A DNA stretch of 58,851 nt from contig PCXL01000011.1 of the NCBI GenBank assembly GCA_002787695.1, positions 1 to 58,851 on the forward strand. Direction: 5' to 3'. This stretch comes from Candidatus Zambryskibacteria bacterium CG10_big_fil_rev_8_21_14_0_10_42_12. Lineage in GTDB: Bacteria; Patescibacteriota; Minisyncoccia; Phycocordibacterales; 1-14-0-10-42-12. The position numbers and the translations under genes were made by a program. Positions 53,918 through 58,851 of this stretch are shown here, one piece after another; positions within the stretch are counted from its first letter, which is position 1; each line of letters starts with the position of its first letter. The notes beneath the pieces were generated by a model. It was given only the letters and a program-made list of their open reading frames with translations. It did no database searches and was not told the origin of the DNA.

Positions 53918-56203
53918 CTACTTCGAAAGGGGCCAGCGCGTTACAATGAGATCGCGATCGTCCTCTCTCTTTATATCTTGCCAGATTTCTTCGGTGATGA
54001 AAGGCATAAATGGATGGAGAAGAATGAGGGAAGTACGAAGTATATGGCGAAGCGTGTATCGTGCTGAAGTTTTTTCAGTCTCGTTTCCTTCAGAGAGAAT
54101 CTTTTTTTCCTGCTCTAAAATAATATCGGCAAATGTGTGCCATACGTAGTGGTAGAGATTGTCGCTTGCGAAATGGTATTTAAATTCTTTTATTTGATTA
54201 GTAACGTTCGCAGTGAGTGTCTCAAGTTCTTGTATATACGCCGTATCTGTTTCGGATAAGTTATCAGGTTTTGTATCGTCAGTTTCCTCTGTTTGTTCGA
54301 GAACAAAGCGAGTGATATTCCAGAGTTTGTTAGCAAATTTACGGTATGCGCGGATTTTATCTTCGGAAAGATTCAGGTCGTTTCCTGGACCATTACCGAC
54401 GATAAATGACATGCGCAGTGCATCTGTGCCGTATGTTTCTATGAGATCAAGAGGATCAATAATATTGCCGAGCGACTTGCTCATCTTGCGTCCGTTTTTA
54501 TCTCGTACGAGACCGTGAAGGTATACGGTCTTGAAGGGAATAGTGCCGAGTGTATATGTGGTCATCAAGATCATGCGAGCAACCCAGAAGAACAAAATGT
54601 CATAGCCTGTTTCAAGTACGCTCGTTGGATGATAAATACCGAGGTCACTTTCTGGATTAATGGTGCCGTCTGGTTGCAATGTGGGTTTACCCCGAGCGTC
54701 GTCGAGGGGCCACCCGAGTGTAGAGAATGTCCAAAGTCCTGAAGAGAACCATGTGTCGAGCGTATCAGGATCTTGTTCCCAACCATTGCCCTCTGGAGGT
54801 TCTATACCAACATATGTTTCAACTCCTCGACTATCGCTCGGGGTACCGTTCTGCCTGCCGTGAGCGTTAGTCGAACGGTACCACACAGGTATTTGGTGTC
54901 CAAACCAGATTTGTCGGGAAATATTCCAATCGTGCAAATTATCTATCCAATGGAAGTATGTTTTTTCAAAGCGTTCGGGCAAAATCTCTGTGAGACCTTT
55001 TTCTACTACATGACGCATGAGTTGCTTGAGAGTCACGGTTGCACCACTTTTGATACCATCAAGATGTGATGTGCGTAATGTGAAAGGTGTATCAACCGCA
55101 ATGAACCACTGCTTCATTATCTGTGGCTCGATGATGCCTCCTGTGCGTTCTGCGGTTGCAATGTTATGAGTATAATCTTCTTCTTTAATGAATAAACCTT
55201 TTTCTTTTAGTTTTTCTAGAATTTTTTCACGTGCTTCGGTTATCTTGATGCCGGCAAACTCTTGCGCTACCGGAAGGAGTTTCCCGTACTGATCAATGAT
55301 CTGTTCTTTATCCAATTTATGTTTTTCAGCAATTTGAAAATCGACAGCGGAATGCCATGGGGTAATCGTCATGACGCCCGTACCAAATTCCATATCGATA
55401 CTCTCATCTTTGATGATAGTGGTCGTAATCGGACCATTGATCCACTCAATCTCTAATGTATCTCCGTGCTTGTATTTTTCATACCGTTTATCGTCTGGGT
55501 GCATGACTACATATTTGTCACCAAATTTTGTTTCTGGCCGCGCGGTACCAATAGTGAATGGTCCGTATTTCAAGTAGTAAAATTTTGTTTTCTCTTCTTG
55601 GTACACGATTTCGTCATCTGAAATTGTCGTCTGACCTTTCGGATCCCAGTTAACAATCTTTTCGCCTCTGTAAATCAAACCGTCTTCATACATCATTTTA
55701 AAAACCGTTCTCACCGCAACTGATCTTTGTTCATCGAGTGTGTATGCTTCGCGTGACCAATCAACAGATGCGCCCATCTTCTTTACTTGATTTACGATAG
55801 TGTCATGACTGTTTTGTGCAAACTCGCGTACTTTTTCAAGAAAAGCATCTCGTCCGAGGTCATGCTTGCGCACACCATCTTTCGCGAGTTCTTTTTCGAC
55901 TTTAGATTGAGTTGCGATAGCGGCATGGTCGGTACCAGGTAACCACAGAGTTTTGTTACCATTCATGCGATGAAAACGCACCATGATGTCTTCGATGGTG
56001 AGACCGAGTGCATGTCCTGTATGAAGGGTGCCGGTTACGTTTGGAGGAGGAAGGACAATCGAAAAAGAGGGGGTTTGTGTATCAGAATCTCCTGCAGCTA
56101 ATGTGTCGGGGTTAAAGTATCGTGAAGATTCCCATTTCCTATAAACAGTAGGCTCTGCTTGTGTGTGATCGTAGGGCTTCAAGTATTTTTCTGGAACTCG
56201 CAT
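53918..56203 (-). CDS. valS: Valine--tRNA ligase, short form without the C-terminal coiled coil
   Basis: PPPNVTGTLHTGH, PGTDHAAIATQ, WNISRQIWFGH, DTLDTWFSS, GYDILFFWVARM, KMSKS. Confidence 0.97.
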   Translation of the reverse strand: MRVPEKYLKPYDHTQAEPTVYRKWESSRYFNPDTLAAGDSDTQTPSFSIVLPPPNVTGTLHTGHALGLTIEDIMVRFHRMNGNKTLWLPGTDHAAIATQSKVEKELAKDGVRKHDLGRDAFLEKVREFAQNSHDTIVNQVKKMGASVDWSREAYTLDEQRSVAVRTVFKMMYEDGLIYRGEKIVNWDPKGQTTISDDEIVYQEEKTKFYYLKYGPFTIGTARPETKFGDKYVVMHPDDKRYEKYKHGDTLEIEWINGPITTTIIKDESIDMEFGTGVMTITPWHSAVDFQIAEKHKLDKEQIIDQYGKLLPVAQEFAGIKITEAREKILEKLKEKGLFIKEEDYTHNIATAERTGGIIEPQIMKQWFIAVDTPFTLRTSHLDGIKSGATVTLKQLMRHVVEKGLTEILPERFEKTYFHWIDNLHDWNISRQIWFGHQIPVWYRSTNAHGRQNGTPSDSRGVETYVGIEPPEGNGWEQDPDTLDTWFSSGLWTFSTLGWPLDDARGKPTLQPDGTINPESDLGIYHPTSVLETGYDILFFWVARMILMTTYTLGTIPFKTVYLHGLVRDKNGRKMSKSLGNIIDPLDLIETYGTDALRMSFIVGNGPGNDLNLSEDKIRAYRKFANKLWNITRFVLEQTEETDDTKPDNLSETDTAYIQELETLTANVTNQIKEFKYHFASDNLYHYVWHTFADIILEQEKKILSEGNETEKTSARYTLRHILRTSLILLHPFMPFITEEIWQDIKREDDRDLIVTRWPLSK
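54688..54874. repeat. Two in-frame palindromic-repeat insertions inside valS
   Basis: CCTCGACTATCGCTCGGGGTA (54825-54845) and its inverted relative TACCCCGAGCGTCGTCGAGG (54688-54707); 48-bp hairpin 54827-54874. Confidence 0.7.
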
Positions 56204-56428
56204 ATATTTTCTTTAAAAGTAAAAATATCATATCACAGGAGAAAATAAGACATGTTTTGTCTTATACGTATAAAGGACATTAATATAATAAAATGTCCTT
56301 TAAGTCAAAAAAGCGAGTCTTTTAGCGACATTAGGACATTCATAAAAGACAGTTTTTTGTAATAGACAAAAATTCGATTAAATGCCTATAAATAAGGGTA
56401 TTTTTAATGAGAACACATATTCAAAAAC

Positions 56429-56457
56429 TTGACAAATTAAACTTATAAGAGTATTAT
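56429..56457 (+). promoter_or_regulatory. Sigma70-type promoter of the surface-protein gene
   Basis: TTGACA-17 nt-TATTAT. Confidence 0.7.
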
Positions 56458-56541
56458 CACGGCATAAATTTTTTGGTAATGGTTCACCGAAATTTAACAG
56501 TGAAGTGATTAGCAGAGGATTGAGTTAAAGAACTTACAAAT

Positions 56542-58851
56542 ATGAAATTCAGAAATACATTCGCATCAGTCTTGATGATGACCGTGCTGTTTACACAGAG
56601 CGCAGTTTTTGCAGGTTTGCCGCAGATTGCGTTTGCAGAAGAAATTGTTTCTGCAGATGGAAGTGCAACTACGTCAGAGGATGCTGGAGAAAATACTTCT
56701 TCTGATGAAACAAATGAGTCTGTAGATGAACGTACTGATGCATCATCTGGTGAAGATTTGTCAGTCGACGAGTCTTCAGAAGAAGTTGTTGCTGATGCAA
56801 ACGAAACGGAAGAAGTTATAGAAGAGAACAAATCGTCTGAAGAAAAGGTGAACCAAACTGAAGATACATCTACACTCGTAGAAGAAACTCCTGTGTCTGA
56901 TGGAGAAGTCGTTAAGGAGAAAACAGAAGAGGTTATAGAAACAATGTCGTCTGAAAACACTGTTCAGACACAAAACACATATCAATTTCCCGGTTATAAC
57001 TTTGGAGGTAGTTATTCGTCAGGTGGACTTTCTGTATATAACTACACAAGCTCAAATACAAACACAAACTCAAGCACAGACTCAGAAAATCATGAAGTTG
57101 TATCATATACACTCAATAATTCATGTGACTTTAGTTGTCTAGCTGATATTAGTACTTCAGGAAATGGTGATATCCAGACAATCGGTGTGAGCTACAACAC
57201 AGCAGAAAAGGATCTTGAAGAAATTGCTGCGCAATTTGGTTATACAATCAACGCAAATCAGGATCAGCTACCTATTGAGCGCTGGAGACTTGAAACCGCT
57301 GAAGATTTTACCTTTGAGGTAACACTGCTTGCTCGTGAGGCTGCATACCGACACGAAATTGGTTACTACTCATGGTTTGATATAGGAACATACAAAGCAA
57401 TCGGTAAGACAGGAAATACGGTTGTGGGAAGTGCGCCATATATGACAGTCGGTGATCAGGTAAGTTTTACAATCGGTGACGGTAAGCAGTTTGGTTTTGC
57501 TATTAAATCTTATGACAATGGTGTGTATCGAGGTACACATGCAACAGAGAGAGCTGCAAACAGTGACGACATGACTGTCGATAATGCACTCGTATATAAG
57601 GTGAATGATGGTTACATAATTGGTTTTGAAGATCTTCCTGCAAATGGTCCTCGAGACAATGACTTTAATGATGTTGTATTGCTTGTTCGTCCAACAGATT
57701 GTGACGACAACAATGGTGGAGAAGATCCAAAAGGTATCGACCTTTCTGTTTCAAAGACAGCATCAGTTGCGACAACAACAGTAGGAACTTCGTTTACTTA
57801 CACAATTTCACTTACAAATAATGGTCCTGAACATGCGACAGACGTAACGGTATATGATGCAATGCCAACAGGACTTACTATTCTTAATAAGGATGCCACT
57901 GTGGGAACCTTTGACCAAAACACACTCGTGTGGACCGTGGGAGATTTGACCGCACAGGATACGCAGACACTTACGCTTACCGTGAGTGCAAACACAACAG
58001 GTACATATGTAAATACGGCGGTAGCAACTTCAACAAGTAGTAAGACTGATACAGATTTGGATAACAACAGTGATACGGTAACTGTCGTGGTTGGTGAGGA
58101 TAATAGTGGTGGAGAAAATATGTGTCTTGCCTACGTTACACCTTTTGGTAACGATAGCTCAATCTCTACAGGAGAAAGTTTCGAATCTACAGAAAAAACA
58201 TTGCAAGATATTCTTGATGAAAATGGATATGGATCAGTTGATGCTGATGCCGACCAAAAGCCTTATGAGAAATGGGGTATTGCAAACGACAAATCAGTTA
58301 CGTTTGAAGTAAGAGTACTCGGTAAACAGGCATACTACGAAGACATCTTTGGTGTATATAAGGCAGGAGACCTAGATAGTTTTGAAGCTCTTGGACGCAC
58401 AGGTGTTATTCCAGCACCGGCAACTACAACAGCACCTCTAACTCAAGTGGGTGAGGGTCAAGTATTTACCATGGAGGATGGTGATACCTTTGGTCTTGCT
58501 ATCAAAGCCTACGATCCAAATGGTCCATTCATTCAGACATTTGCGACAGAAAATGATCTCAACATCGATACTAATTCAGATCATGCAATTGTCTTTGAGG
58601 TAGCAGATGGATACATCGTTGCGTTTGAAGATATTCCAGCAGGATGGGTGCGTGACAATGACTACAATGATCTTGTGCTTCTCATCACGCCTATCAGTTG
58701 TTCAGATATACCAAGTAATGGAGACAAAGGTATCGACCTCTCTGTTTCAAAGACAGCTTCGGTTGCCACAACGACTGCAAACGCATCATTCACCTACACA
58801 ATTTCAGTAACAAACGCAGGTCCTGAAACTGCAACGGGTGTAGAAGTGACA
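56542..58851 (+). CDS. Secreted surface protein, 3'-partial, with tandem DUF4114-like + DUF11 modules (absent from ORF track because no stop)
   Basis: Open frame to the window end; signal peptide MKFRNTFAS...AFA-EE; acidic linker; GFEDL...DNDFNDVV and AFEDI...DNDYNDLV; DLSVSKTAS...FTYTIS.TN.GP..AT.V twice. Confidence 0.9.
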   Translation, partial: MKFRNTFASVLMMTVLFTQSAVFAGLPQIAFAEEIVSADGSATTSEDAGENTSSDETNESVDERTDASSGEDLSVDESSEEVVADANETEEVIEENKSSEEKVNQTEDTSTLVEETPVSDGEVVKEKTEEVIETMSSENTVQTQNTYQFPGYNFGGSYSSGGLSVYNYTSSNTNTNSSTDSENHEVVSYTLNNSCDFSCLADISTSGNGDIQTIGVSYNTAEKDLEEIAAQFGYTINANQDQLPIERWRLETAEDFTFEVTLLAREAAYRHEIGYYSWFDIGTYKAIGKTGNTVVGSAPYMTVGDQVSFTIGDGKQFGFAIKSYDNGVYRGTHATERAANSDDMTVDNALVYKVNDGYIIGFEDLPANGPRDNDFNDVVLLVRPTDCDDNNGGEDPKGIDLSVSKTASVATTTVGTSFTYTISLTNNGPEHATDVTVYDAMPTGLTILNKDATVGTFDQNTLVWTVGDLTAQDTQTLTLTVSANTTGTYVNTAVATSTSSKTDTDLDNNSDTVTVVVGEDNSGGENMCLAYVTPFGNDSSISTGESFESTEKTLQDILDENGYGSVDADADQKPYEKWGIANDKSVTFEVRVLGKQAYYEDIFGVYKAGDLDSFEALGRTGVIPAPATTTAPLTQVGEGQVFTMEDGDTFGLAIKAYDPNGPFIQTFATENDLNIDTNSDHAIVFEVADGYIVAFEDIPAGWVRDNDYNDLVLLITPISCSDIPSNGDKGIDLSVSKTASVATTTANASFTYTISVTNAGPETATGVEVT

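Overview
Chromosomal segment of a Patescibacteria/CPR bacterium, most likely Parcubacteria. This is inferred from 16S signatures (ACACCTACGGGTGGC, CAGCAGGAGCGGTAA) and gene content; TGA is used as a stop, so the code is standard. In order: a 5'-truncated 16S rRNA not followed by 23S, lacking the CCUCC anti-Shine-Dalgarno tail and carrying a ~115-nt periodic hairpin insertion; tRNA-Ile; pyk; a peptidoglycan cluster (murB, HTH-murA, pgeF, ATE/Bpt-like transferase, mpl/murC-like ligase); a VirD4/TrwB-like ATPase; a ~18-kb surface-glycan locus (GT4/GT2, GtrA, FkbM methyltransferases, radical SAM, wzm/wzt, nucleotidyltransferase-GHMP kinase fusion, O-antigen-ligase/TPR); an unannotated histone-H1-like ORF; secA, dedA, dsbB, AI-2E, MYG1, gatB; a merR-HTH / HTH-fibre-S74 gene / RAYT transposase module with REP palindromes; RNase P RNA; murJ, lepA, ftsB-like; tRNA-Phe and tRNA-Arg; hsp20, prsW, valS; and a partial surface protein. 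The most unusual signals are non-coding: (1) two tRNAs are each followed by a shared three-way-junction element closed by a copy of that tRNA's own 3' end; (2) two single-gene cassettes (GxxExxY nuclease, four-helix-bundle) are folded out by long stems whose bases sit at the upstream stop/downstream start junction; (3) REP copies bracket a 4-kb fibre gene next to a RAYT; (4) palindromic inserts occur in 16S, rnpB and in frame inside valS; (5) many -10 boxes lie 7-10 nt from start codons, matching the anti-SD loss. All calls are by eye and from family knowledge; no searches were run, and GC statements are visual impressions.
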